Shown here in pieces: positions 24,233 to 32,069 of a DNA stretch of 37,632 bases. The notes below the pieces were generated by a model. The model was not told where the DNA came from, did not search any database, and saw nothing but the letters and a program-made list of their open reading frames with translations. Position numbers and translations under genes: made by a program. The DNA is from an uncultured Planctomycetaceae bacterium. GTDB taxonomy: Bacteria > Planctomycetota > Phycisphaerae > SM23-33. The DNA lies in NCBI GenBank assembly GCA_964449175.1, contig CAYUYH010000002.1:1-37632 (forward strand), in the 5' to 3' direction. Numbering within the stretch: the first letter of the stretch is position 1; every line of letters begins with the position of its first letter.

Positions 24233-24772
24233 ATGGCCGACAGCAGGGTGCAACTGAACGGAAGGCCAGCCTCGGCACACGTGCTGCAGCCTGCCCAGCC
24301 GCCGCCTGCCACTGGCGCGGCAGACACCGCCGGGCAGCTCGAGGCCGACCGCCAGGCGCTCGCCAGCGCGCGCCAGGCGCTGGCAGCCGCCGCCAAGGAG
24401 TTCGAGGGACTGCAACAGGAGATCCTCAAGCAGGCCGAGGGGCATGTGGTCATGCTGGCCGTGGACATCGCCCGCAAGGTGCTGATGCAGGAGATCGAGG
24501 CCGAGCGGTACCAGATCGACGCGATCGTCAAAGAGGCCCTGGCCCAGTTGCCGCCGCGGCAGGAAGTGGTCGTGCACCTGAACCCCGCCGACATCGCCCG
24601 CTGCGAGCTCGCCGCCGACGATGCCGATGGGTCCGACGGCAACCTGCGTTTCGTGGCCGACCCGGCCGTCAGCAAAGGCGGCTGCCTGCTGGCCAGCTCC
24701 CAGGGCGTGGTCGAGTCATCCGTGGAAGGCAACCTCGGCGAGATCGCCAACAACCTGAGCACACAGGAGTAG
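24233..24772 (+). CDS. fliH: Flagellar assembly protein FliH
   Basis: Position between fliG and fliI. Coiled-coil N-terminus. C-terminal block VVVHLNPADI...GGCLLASSQGVVESSVEGNL, typical of FliH/SctL. Confidence 0.8.
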   Translation: MADSRVQLNGRPASAHVLQPAQPPPATGAADTAGQLEADRQALASARQALAAAAKEFEGLQQEILKQAEGHVVMLAVDIARKVLMQEIEAERYQIDAIVKEALAQLPPRQEVVVHLNPADIARCELAADDADGSDGNLRFVADPAVSKGGCLLASSQGVVESSVEGNLGEIANNLSTQE

Positions 24773-24774
24773 TC

Positions 24775-26163
24775 ATGCCCTCGCTCGACGTGGACAAGTT
24801 CGCCGCCAAGCTGAACCAGATGAACCTGCTGCGGTGCAGCGGGGCGGTTCTGCGCGTGGCGGGCACGACGATCGAGTCGAAGGGCCCGCCGGTCGGCGTG
24901 GGGCAGCTCTGCGAGATACGCCTGTCCGACGGGCGGCGGGTCGCGGCGGAAGTGGTCGGCTTCCGCGACGCCAACCGCCTGCTCATGCCGCTCGAGGGCA
25001 TCGACGGCATCGCCCCGGGAGACAAGGTCTCCCCTCGGCCGAACCTCAGGCAGGCGCCGGTCGGCGTCTCGCTGCTCGGGCGTGTGCTGGACGGGCTGGG
25101 TCGGCCCATCGACGGCAAGGGGCCGCTGACGGATGTGCAATATCGGCCCATGGACGCGCCCTCGCCAAAGCCGCTCGAACGCCCGCAGATATTCAAGCCG
25201 CTCGCCCTGGGCATCAAGGCGATCGACGGCGTGCTGACGTTCGGCAAGGGCCAACGGATGGGCATATTCTCCGGCAGCGGCGTCGGCAAGAGCACGGTGC
25301 TCGGCGAGATCGCCCGCGTCAGCGAGGCCGACGTCAACGTGTTGGCCCTTGTGGGAGAGCGCGGCCGGGAGGTGCGACACTTTCTCGAAGAGTCGCTCGG
25401 GCCGGAGGGCCTGGCCAAGAGCGTTGTCGTGGTGGCCACCTCGGACATCTCGCCGGTGGTCCGCACGAAGTCTGCCTTCCTGGCCATCGCCATCGCGGAG
25501 TTCTTCCGCGACCGCGGCAAGGACGTGCTGTTCATGATGGACTCGCTGACCCGCTTCGCCCAGGCGCAGCGGGAGATAGGCCTGGCCGCCGGCGAGCCGC
25601 CGACCACGAAGGGCTACTGCCCCAGCGTGTTCAGCCTGCTGCCGAAGCTCACCGAGAGGCTCGGGCCCGCCCCCGCCGGCAGCATTACCGGCGCGCTGAC
25701 CGTCCTGGTCGAGGGCGACGACCTGGGCGACCCCGTCGCCGACTGCGTCCGCTCGCTGCTGGACGGGCACGTCGTGTTGTCGCGCAAGCTCGCCGAGCAG
25801 GGGCACTACCCGGCCGTCGATATCCTCCAGAGCGTCAGCCGGCTCATGCCGTCGGTGGTCAGCCCATCGCACATGCGCGCCGCGCAGAGCTTCAGGGCCA
25901 TCTATGCCACCTACCAGGGGGCCGAGGACCTCATCAACATCGGCGCCCTGGCCACCGGCAGCAACCGTCGCATAGACAAGGCCGTCTCGCTGATCGACGG
26001 CGTGAACGAGTTTCTGGTTCAGCCGGTCGGCACGCGCTGCGACTTCGCCGAGACGGTCAGCCGAATGTGCGAGATCACCAAGACATGGGACTTCCTGATG
26101 CCGTCGGCGGACGACAAGGCCGCGCCGGCCGCCAATGCCGCGGCGAAGAGACCTGCTGAATGA
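24775..26163 (+). CDS. fliI: Flagellum-specific ATPase FliI
   Basis: Walker A GIFSGSGVGKST. Walker B VLFMMDSLTRFA. Also HYPAVDILQSVSR. Confidence 0.95.
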   Translation: MPSLDVDKFAAKLNQMNLLRCSGAVLRVAGTTIESKGPPVGVGQLCEIRLSDGRRVAAEVVGFRDANRLLMPLEGIDGIAPGDKVSPRPNLRQAPVGVSLLGRVLDGLGRPIDGKGPLTDVQYRPMDAPSPKPLERPQIFKPLALGIKAIDGVLTFGKGQRMGIFSGSGVGKSTVLGEIARVSEADVNVLALVGERGREVRHFLEESLGPEGLAKSVVVVATSDISPVVRTKSAFLAIAIAEFFRDRGKDVLFMMDSLTRFAQAQREIGLAAGEPPTTKGYCPSVFSLLPKLTERLGPAPAGSITGALTVLVEGDDLGDPVADCVRSLLDGHVVLSRKLAEQGHYPAVDILQSVSRLMPSVVSPSHMRAAQSFRAIYATYQGAEDLINIGALATGSNRRIDKAVSLIDGVNEFLVQPVGTRCDFAETVSRMCEITKTWDFLMPSADDKAAPAANAAAKRPAE

Positions 26164-26603
26164 AACGATTCAAGTGGCCATTGCAGCGACTGCTGGACGT
26201 GACGTTGCAGCGCGAAAGGGCGCTGCGGGCGGAGCTGTTCGCCCTGGCCAGGCGGCTTGCACGACTGCGGCAGGAGATCGCCGTTGTCGCCGCCGACATC
26301 AGGGCGATGCTGGCTGAGATCGGCAAGGGCGGAATCGACCGGCGCATCGCACGCCAGGAAGTATTCATGGCCGCGGTCGCCAACGACGAGCGGCGCATCG
26401 CCAAGCTGGACGGGCGGCTGACCGAGACGCGGGCCGCTCGCGATGAGAAGACGCAGCGGTTTCTCAAGACCAAGGCTTCCAGAGAGATGCTCCAGCGGCT
26501 GGCGCACGAGGCCAGGGTCCGCTACATGAAGGAGCTTGATCGTCTGGAGCAGAAGGAAACAGACGAAAGCGCCGTGGTCGGCTTCGTCCGCAGGGCCAGC
26601 TAG
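26160..26603 (+). CDS. fliJ: Flagellar export chaperone FliJ
   Basis: 147-aa coiled-coil protein starting MKRFKWPLQRLLDV. ATGA overlap with fliI. Position after fliI. Confidence 0.8.
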   Translation: MKRFKWPLQRLLDVTLQRERALRAELFALARRLARLRQEIAVVAADIRAMLAEIGKGGIDRRIARQEVFMAAVANDERRIAKLDGRLTETRAARDEKTQRFLKTKASREMLQRLAHEARVRYMKELDRLEQKETDESAVVGFVRRAS

Positions 26604-26629
26604 CCGCCCGGCAGGAGCGCACGAGAACC

Positions 26630-27259
26630 ATGATGAAGAGCAACCTACTCATACTGGGCGTGCTTGGTGCGGGGTGCTTTGGGCTGTCGTTCGGCCTGAC
26701 CTGGCTTTTCGGCGGGTCGACGCCGGGCCCGCAGCTCGCCACAGACCAGCAGGCCGCCACCCAGCCGGCCGTCGAAGAGCCACAACTGATGCCCAGCGAG
26801 ATTCAGGTCGACGAGCTGGTGCGTGACCTGCACGACAAGCTCGCCCAGGTGCGCCGTCAGCAACGCCACCTGGAAGACTGGGAGAAGCGCCTCAAGATCG
26901 CCCAGCAGGACCTGGACAAGCAGACCGAGGAGCTGGAGGCCCTCCGCGTGCAGTTGCTGGCCCCGCTGAACGGACTGAAGCAGGCCAGGGAAGAGCTGCT
27001 GCGAACGCGCATCTCCATATCTCGCGCCGAGCAGGCCAAGCTGAAGCAGCTTGCGCTCATCTACGACAAGATGGACTCCGCCGCCAGCAGCGAGATCCTG
27101 GTGGCCATGTGCAACAACAACCAGATAGCCGACGCCGTCAAGCTGCTGAGCTGCATGTCGGATCGTCCGGCCGCCGAGCTGCTGGGGCAGATGGAAGACA
27201 AGGCCCTGGCCGCCAGGCTGTCCCAGATGCTCAAGACCGTCCAGGAAGAAGAAAGCTGA
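26630..27259 (+). CDS. FlbB/MotE/YlxF-like flagellar protein (N-terminal TM helix, coiled coil, MgtE_N-like C-terminal domain)
   Basis: TM segment LLILGVLGAGCFGLSFGLTWLF. Long coiled coil. C-terminal LALIYDKMDSAASSEILVAMCNN...LLSCMSDRPAAELLGQM resembles the MgtE N-terminal-like domain. It occupies the post-fliJ slot held by flbB (Borrelia) and ylxF (Bacillus). Confidence 0.55.
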   Translation: MMKSNLLILGVLGAGCFGLSFGLTWLFGGSTPGPQLATDQQAATQPAVEEPQLMPSEIQVDELVRDLHDKLAQVRRQQRHLEDWEKRLKIAQQDLDKQTEELEALRVQLLAPLNGLKQAREELLRTRISISRAEQAKLKQLALIYDKMDSAASSEILVAMCNNNQIADAVKLLSCMSDRPAAELLGQMEDKALAARLSQMLKTVQEEES

Positions 27260-27263
27260 CGCC

Positions 27264-28034
27264 GTGGATATCGCCACAGCCATAGGACTGATGTTCGGGC
27301 TGTTCTGCGTGGTCTCGTCGATCATGTCGTCGCCCGGGGCCGGCGTGTTCATCAACCTCCCGGCGATGATGGTGACGGCCGGCGGCATGACCGCGGCGAC
27401 GTTCATCCATTTCTCGCTTCAACAGGTTCTCACCATCTTCTCCATCACCAAGAAGACGATCCTCTGCAAGGTGCCGGGCGAGAAGGAACTCATCCAGAAG
27501 TTGGTCAACTACGCGGCCATCAACCGGCGAGACGGCGCGCTGGCGCTGGAGCAGCACCTGCCGGACGCGGGCGACTCGTTCCTGGTCAAGGCCCTCCAGA
27601 TGGTGATCGACGGGCAGAAGGAAGAGGCCATCGGCGAGAACCTGGCGATGGAGATTCAGTATCTCCAGGAGCGCCATAGCGACGGCAAGAAGATGCTGGA
27701 GTTCATGGGCAGCGCCGCGCCGGCCTGGGGCATGATCGGCACGCTGATAGGCCTGGTGCAGATGCTCGGCTCGCTGAACGATCCCTCGCAGATCGGCTCG
27801 GGCATGGCTACCGCGCTTATCACGACCTTTTACGGGTCGTTCATGGCGAACCTGGTGTTCATCCCGCTGGCCGGCAAGCTGGGGATGCGATCGAAGAAGG
27901 AAAGCCTCATCAGGCAGATGATCGTCGAGGGCGCCTGTGGCCTGAGCCGCGGCGACAGCCCCACCGGCGTCCGTGAGCGGATGCAGGCGTTCATCTCCGA
28001 CAAGCACCGCGAGGAAATGAAACCGAACATCTGA
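27264..28034 (+). CDS. motA: Flagellar stator protein MotA/PomA
   Basis: GTG start. Motifs MDIATAIGLMFG and AAPAWGMIGTLIGLVQML...GMATALITTFYGSFMANLVFIPLAGKL. Confidence 0.93.
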   Translation: MDIATAIGLMFGLFCVVSSIMSSPGAGVFINLPAMMVTAGGMTAATFIHFSLQQVLTIFSITKKTILCKVPGEKELIQKLVNYAAINRRDGALALEQHLPDAGDSFLVKALQMVIDGQKEEAIGENLAMEIQYLQERHSDGKKMLEFMGSAAPAWGMIGTLIGLVQMLGSLNDPSQIGSGMATALITTFYGSFMANLVFIPLAGKLGMRSKKESLIRQMIVEGACGLSRGDSPTGVRERMQAFISDKHREEMKPNI

Positions 28035-28036
28035 CC

Positions 28037-28717
28037 ATGGCACAGGATCAGGCCAAACCGCCGCCGAAGGACGAAGGGCCGCCCGGACCGGGCGCCTGGA
28101 TGATCAGCTTCAACGACTGCATGACGAACATGCTGTGCTTCTTCGTCCTGCTGGCCAGCTTCTCGTCATTCGACCCCGCGTCTCGCGCCAGGATCTCCGG
28201 CGGCTTCCGGGCCATGAGCCTCTCCTCGGTCTTTTCGTCGCGCTACTCGCCCACGGACTCATCCTTCCCGCCAATTGACCGTCCCGTCGACAGGACCGAG
28301 ACCGGCAGCGAGAAGCCCACCGACGGCATGGACAACGTGATGAACCCGCGGGAGAGCTTCTGGCTGGACTGCGACGACGCCTACAAGGCCAAGCAGGAGT
28401 TCTACATCCCCTCGAGCAGGCTGTTCTGGGGCCAGGGCAGCGCGCTGAGCCCGTCCGGGCGGGAGTTCCTGGACATGCTCGCTCCGCACATGCGGAACAT
28501 GCCGCACCAGATCGTCATAGGCCAGGCCGGCGCCGGCGAGTTGCCGCCGGACTCGACGGTGGCGCGGTCGGCCGTGGTGCTCGGGTACCTGACGCGCAAC
28601 GGCGGCGTGTCGGCCGACAGGATGAGCATATCCGCCGACGTCCAGGCGGCGCCCAAGCGGTTCGGCGACAAGCCGGTGATGAGAATCGTCATGCTGCAAC
28701 GGAGCGTGTACAAGTGA
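28037..28717 (+). CDS. motB: MotB-like stator subunit, paralog 1 (divergent OmpA-like C-terminus)
   Basis: N-terminal WMISFNDCMTNMLCFFVLLAS contains the conserved Asp that precedes the TM helix in MotB. C-terminal GSALSPSGREFLDMLAPHM...ARSAVVLGYLTRNGGVSADRM is OmpA-like but lacks a clear GHTD-type block. Confidence 0.75.
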   Translation: MAQDQAKPPPKDEGPPGPGAWMISFNDCMTNMLCFFVLLASFSSFDPASRARISGGFRAMSLSSVFSSRYSPTDSSFPPIDRPVDRTETGSEKPTDGMDNVMNPRESFWLDCDDAYKAKQEFYIPSSRLFWGQGSALSPSGREFLDMLAPHMRNMPHQIVIGQAGAGELPPDSTVARSAVVLGYLTRNGGVSADRMSISADVQAAPKRFGDKPVMRIVMLQRSVYK

Positions 28718-29454
28718 AACGCGCGGCCCCACCACCAGAAGACGCGCCCGAGGGCGTGCCCGGATGGGTCCTGTCCTTCGGAGACATGGTGACGAACCTG
28801 ATGGCATGCTTCGTGCTGTTGCAGTCCATGGCGTCCACGCAGGACAAGACGCTGTTCAACGCCGGGCTGGGGTCGTTTCGCCAGGTCGTGGCGCGGTTCG
28901 GGATGCCCAGTTGGCTGTTCGGCAAGCAGGAAGCGCCGAATCTGGACTACGAGAAGCTGAAGTATCCCACCGAGCCGGCCGAGCAGCAGCAGGCCGTCCC
29001 GAATCGTGTGGTGGACGCCGAGGATGAGGAAATCAGGCAGATCTTCAGCAGGTTGAAGGAGCAAATCGACAGCGAGGCAACGGAGTTCGCCGAAAGGCCG
29101 ATACGGGTGGAGGCCATGCCGGTCGCCTTCACGCCCGGCGAGGCGTCGCTGCCGGAGAGCCTGCGCGACAGTCTGCGGGCCTTCGCGACCAACCTGAAGC
29201 AGAACTCCCCTCGCGACGATATCAAAGTCTACGTGATCGCCCGGGCCGAAGATGTCGCCGATCCGGCGCGGCAGTGGGCCGTCTCGGCCGGGCGGGCAGC
29301 GGCGGCCGCGGCGGAGATCAAGCGACAGCTGGCGCCGATGACGTGCGAGATTCACTCCTGGGGCGCCGGGCCCGGCAGCGACATGGAACGGATGTTCGGA
29401 CCGCAGTCGACGGTGGTCATCGCGGTGACCGCACCGAGGAATCGAAATGGCTGA
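28714..29454 (+). CDS. motB: MotB-like stator subunit, paralog 2 (divergent OmpA-like C-terminus)
   Basis: GTG start in a GTGA overlap with paralog 1. WVLSFGDMVTNLMACFVLLQS has the conserved Asp + TM helix. C-terminal FTPGEASLPESLRDSLRAFATNL...AVSAGRAAAAAAEI is OmpA-like. Confidence 0.75.
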   Translation: MKRAAPPPEDAPEGVPGWVLSFGDMVTNLMACFVLLQSMASTQDKTLFNAGLGSFRQVVARFGMPSWLFGKQEAPNLDYEKLKYPTEPAEQQQAVPNRVVDAEDEEIRQIFSRLKEQIDSEATEFAERPIRVEAMPVAFTPGEASLPESLRDSLRAFATNLKQNSPRDDIKVYVIARAEDVADPARQWAVSAGRAAAAAAEIKRQLAPMTCEIHSWGAGPGSDMERMFGPQSTVVIAVTAPRNRNG

Positions 29455-30004
29455 TGAAGAGCAGACAGGTTCGCAGGAACAGGAACAGCAGCAGGCCCCC
29501 CGGCAGGAGGCAAGCGGCGGGTCGAAGGCGCTGCTGATTCGCGCAGCCTTGGCGGCAGCGGTGGGGCTGGGCGCCGCCGGGGGCGGATACGTCGCCGCGA
29601 TGATGATGCACTCCTCGCCGAAGCCCGCAAAGGCGGCCGGGGAAGAGCAGGCCCCGCCGCCCGTCAGCAACGTCAATGACGAGGACCTGGCCTACTACGA
29701 GCTCGACCCGATCGTGGCCAACCTGAACGAGCCGCGACTGGCACGATACATCCGCGCCACCATCACACTGGCTGTCGCCAAGGACGACCTCGGCACGGTC
29801 TCCTCGACGCTCGACAGCAACAAGCCCCGACTGAAGGACTGGATCAACCGCTACCTCAGCGGATGCACGCCGGACGACACGCGCGGCGAGGACAACCAGA
29901 ATCGCATCCGCCGCGAGATACGCGAGTTGCTGAACGAGCAGTTCTGGCCCGACCAGCGTCCGCTGATAGCCGAGGTGCACTTCACGGAGTTCGTGGTTCA
30001 ATGA
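29447..30004 (+). CDS. fliL: Flagellar basal body-associated protein FliL
   Basis: Single TM helix. Then YYELDPIVANLNEPRLARYIRATITLAV...RIRREIRELLNEQF...EVHFTEFVVQ. Confidence 0.88.
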   Translation: MADEEQTGSQEQEQQQAPRQEASGGSKALLIRAALAAAVGLGAAGGGYVAAMMMHSSPKPAKAAGEEQAPPPVSNVNDEDLAYYELDPIVANLNEPRLARYIRATITLAVAKDDLGTVSSTLDSNKPRLKDWINRYLSGCTPDDTRGEDNQNRIRREIRELLNEQFWPDQRPLIAEVHFTEFVVQ

Positions 30005-30984
30005 GCGATGCCCCCGACAGGATCGAGCAGCTCATACTGCGGCGTCTGGCCGCCGGCCAGGCCGACGCGACGCCCGCCGGCGACGACGGCGGCGCCGTCG
30101 ACTACGATTGGCAGGCGCTTCAACGCTACGGCCGGCGGCAGTTGGCCGAGCTGGAGCACTTCGCCGCCAACCTGGCCGACGGCGCGGCAACGGCGCTGGC
30201 GGCGCTGCTGGCCGCGGACCAGCCGCTCCAGGTCGACTCGGTCACTCAGCACTACGATAAGGACTTCCCCGCAGCCGCCGAGCAGGACAAGTGGCGATTC
30301 TTCGCCATCGGCGACGGCGGGGCGACCGGCGGGCTGCTGTCTCTCGAAGCCGCGACGGCTGGGGCGTGGGTGTCGGCCCTGCTGGGCGGCGGGCAGGCCG
30401 AGGGCGGCGAAGGCCCCAAGGAGCTGTCCGCCATGGAGACGGCCGTGCTGCTCGACATCGCCGCGACCATTGCCGGCCCGTTGGCGGCCCTGCTGCGAGC
30501 GGCGGGGGCAAGGGTTCTGGTCCTTTCCGACAGGGCCGACGCCTCCCCGGACGACCTCGCCGGCGAAAGCGCCGACGGCCAGCGGGGCGAGTATGTGACC
30601 ATAGCCCTTCGTCGCGGCGAGGAAGGCCCGGCGAAGGTTCTTTGCACCATCCCGTGCGACGCAGCCGACGCCTTCGCCTGTCCGAGTCTCGCCAAGGCGG
30701 CTGCCTCGCGGCAGGCCCCGCGGCAGCTCATCACGGCCGCCGTCGAGCGCGTGCCCGTCGCCGCCACGGTCCGGCTGGGCTCGCCGGTGCTGAGCGTGCG
30801 CGACATGGTGGACCTGGAGGAAGGCGACGTCGTGCTGCTGGGCAGGCCCGCCCGCGACAGCGCCGAGCTGATCGTGCAGGGCAGGGTCCTTGCCATCGGC
30901 CAGCCGGCCAGGGTGGGCAAGGACTGCGCAATTCAGATAAGCCGCGTGTCGAAAGGCGCGCCACGCCCGGAGCAGGGCGGCTAG
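30001..30984 (+). CDS. fliM: Flagellar motor switch protein FliM (divergent)
   Basis: In-frame ATG at 30001 (ATGA overlap with fliL). Motifs VDYDWQALQRYGRRQLAELEHFAANL and LLGGG...ELSAMETAVLLDI. C-terminal SpoA-like VRLGSPVLSVRDMVDLEEGDVVLLG. Confidence 0.8.
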   Translation: MSDAPDRIEQLILRRLAAGQADATPAGDDGGAVDYDWQALQRYGRRQLAELEHFAANLADGAATALAALLAADQPLQVDSVTQHYDKDFPAAAEQDKWRFFAIGDGGATGGLLSLEAATAGAWVSALLGGGQAEGGEGPKELSAMETAVLLDIAATIAGPLAALLRAAGARVLVLSDRADASPDDLAGESADGQRGEYVTIALRRGEEGPAKVLCTIPCDAADAFACPSLAKAAASRQAPRQLITAAVERVPVAATVRLGSPVLSVRDMVDLEEGDVVLLGRPARDSAELIVQGRVLAIGQPARVGKDCAIQISRVSKGAPRPEQGG

Positions 30985-31015
30985 GCTTTAATCCACACTG
31001 GAAGGAACCGACGAC

Positions 31016-31378
31016 ATGGCCAAGTCCGCGACAACCGAAGAACCCGAAACCCAAGCCCCCGCCGACGCCACCGAGGCCAGTCAGGTCGAGCTGCCGGAGG
31101 CGGCCGACGGCGGCGGCGCCGGCAGCGGGCAGATCGACCTGCTGCTTGACATGGACATGACGGTCGACGCGATCCTGGGCAGTTGCCGGCTGGAGGTTCG
31201 CCGGCTGTTGCAGCTTGCGCCCGGCTCGGTGGTCAAGCTGGACAAGGGCGTCGGAGACGGCGTGGAGTTGACGCTTCGCGGCGTGAAGTTCGCGACGGGC
31301 CAGTTGGTGGTCGTCGGCGATCAGCTCGGCGTCCGGATAGGCCAGATCGTCCCGCCGGCTGAGGGCGGCGAGGACTGA
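31016..31378 (+). CDS. fliN: Flagellar motor switch protein FliN
   Basis: SpoA domain: IDLLLDMDMTVDAILGSCRLEVRRLLQLAPGSVVKLDK...LTLRGVKFATGQLVVVGDQLGVRIGQIV. Confidence 0.9.
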   Translation: MAKSATTEEPETQAPADATEASQVELPEAADGGGAGSGQIDLLLDMDMTVDAILGSCRLEVRRLLQLAPGSVVKLDKGVGDGVELTLRGVKFATGQLVVVGDQLGVRIGQIVPPAEGGED

Positions 31379-31383
31379 CCAGC

Positions 31384-31408
31384 GGCGCCGGGCACGCGCC
31401 CATTTTTT
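31384..31408 (+). terminator. Terminator-like hairpin + T-run after fliN
   Basis: GGCGC (31384..31388), 7-nt loop, GCGCC (31396..31400), then CATTTTTTC with a T6 run at 31403..31408. The stem is short. Confidence 0.4.
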
Positions 31409-31487
31409 CGACACGGTTAGCTAGTTTTCTCGCGTCTTTCGCAGCCTTCGGCCGCGCCCGGGCGGCTGAGCCGAGCGCCTGGGCGTT

Positions 31488-31503
31488 TGGCACGCACTGT
31501 GCA
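31488..31503 (+). promoter_or_regulatory. Sigma-54 (-24/-12) promoter immediately upstream of fliO
   Basis: TGGCACGCACTGTGCA against TGGCACG-N4-TTGCW gives one deviation (first T of TTGC is G). GG is at 31489..31490 and GC at 31501..31502. It lies in the only sizeable (136-nt) gap inside the flagellar cluster. Confidence 0.6.
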
Positions 31504-31514
31504 TATCCAAGGGC

Positions 31515-32069
31515 ATGAGCCACAAGCCCATATCCCATGCGCGCCGGGCGGCCTGGGCTGGGGTGCTGTTGGTCCTATGCGCGGCAGGCGCGATTGCCCT
31601 GAAGGCCTCCGGCGACCGGGCCGGCGACGCCTCCGCCGCTGACAGTATGTCGTCGCCCGCGACCCAGCCGGCTGAGGCAAAGGCCGCCGCCGACGGCAAG
31701 GCTCCCGGCTGGAACGACAAGACCGACCGCAACTTCCCGCCGCCAAGCGGCCCCGGCACCTCCGAACTGCTCATGCAGATGCTGACGGTCGTGATCGTCG
31801 TCGTCGTCCTGGGGGTGGTGGCCCTTGTGGTCATCCGCCGCCTGCTGCCGCGCATCGGCGTGCGGTCCGGCAGGCGGATGAGCGTGATCGAGTCCATGCA
31901 CATCGAGCCGCGGAAACTGGCCCACCTGATCCAGGTGGGCGACCGCACGTTCCTGATCGCCAGCACAGCCGAACGCGTCACCATGCTGGGCGAGGTGACC
32001 GGGGCGTTTGGCCGACCCGTCGGCGATGACGTGCCGGCTAAGGGCGGCAAAGGAGCCGGCCAACGGTGA
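31515..32069 (+). CDS. fliO: Flagellar biosynthesis protein FliO/FliZ-like, with an N-terminal extension of about 85 aa
   Basis: Core LLMQMLTVVIVVVVLGVVALVVIRRLL...MSVIESMHIEPRKLAHLIQVGDRTFLIASTAERVTMLGEV matches the FliO pattern. Position before fliP, with a GTGA overlap into it. Confidence 0.7.
   Translation: MSHKPISHARRAAWAGVLLVLCAAGAIALKASGDRAGDASAADSMSSPATQPAEAKAAADGKAPGWNDKTDRNFPPPSGPGTSELLMQMLTVVIVVVVLGVVALVVIRRLLPRIGVRSGRRMSVIESMHIEPRKLAHLIQVGDRTFLIASTAERVTMLGEVTGAFGRPVGDDVPAKGGKGAGQR

Noticed and set aside
24184-25872. 562-aa minus-strand ORF and 24834..26159(+) alternative frame across fliH/fliI.
   Set aside because: The FliI frame has Walker A/B and conserved ATPase blocks. The alternative frames are Arg/Gly-rich shadows.
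28802-28817. Sigma-54-like match TGGCATGCTTCGTGCT inside the second motB paralog.
   Set aside because: It lies within the codons for the conserved MotB TM segment (NLMACFVLL), so the sequence is constrained by coding. There is no upstream gap or terminator, so a chance match is more likely than an internal promoter.
29863-30000. Track start at 29863 for FliM, and at 32884 for FliR, giving N-terminal extensions of 46 and 109 aa.
   Set aside because: The extensions overlap the well-supported fliL and fliP/fliQ genes in other frames and are Arg-rich. Internal ATGs at 30001 and 33211 coincide with the upstream stop codons and the start of recognisable homology.
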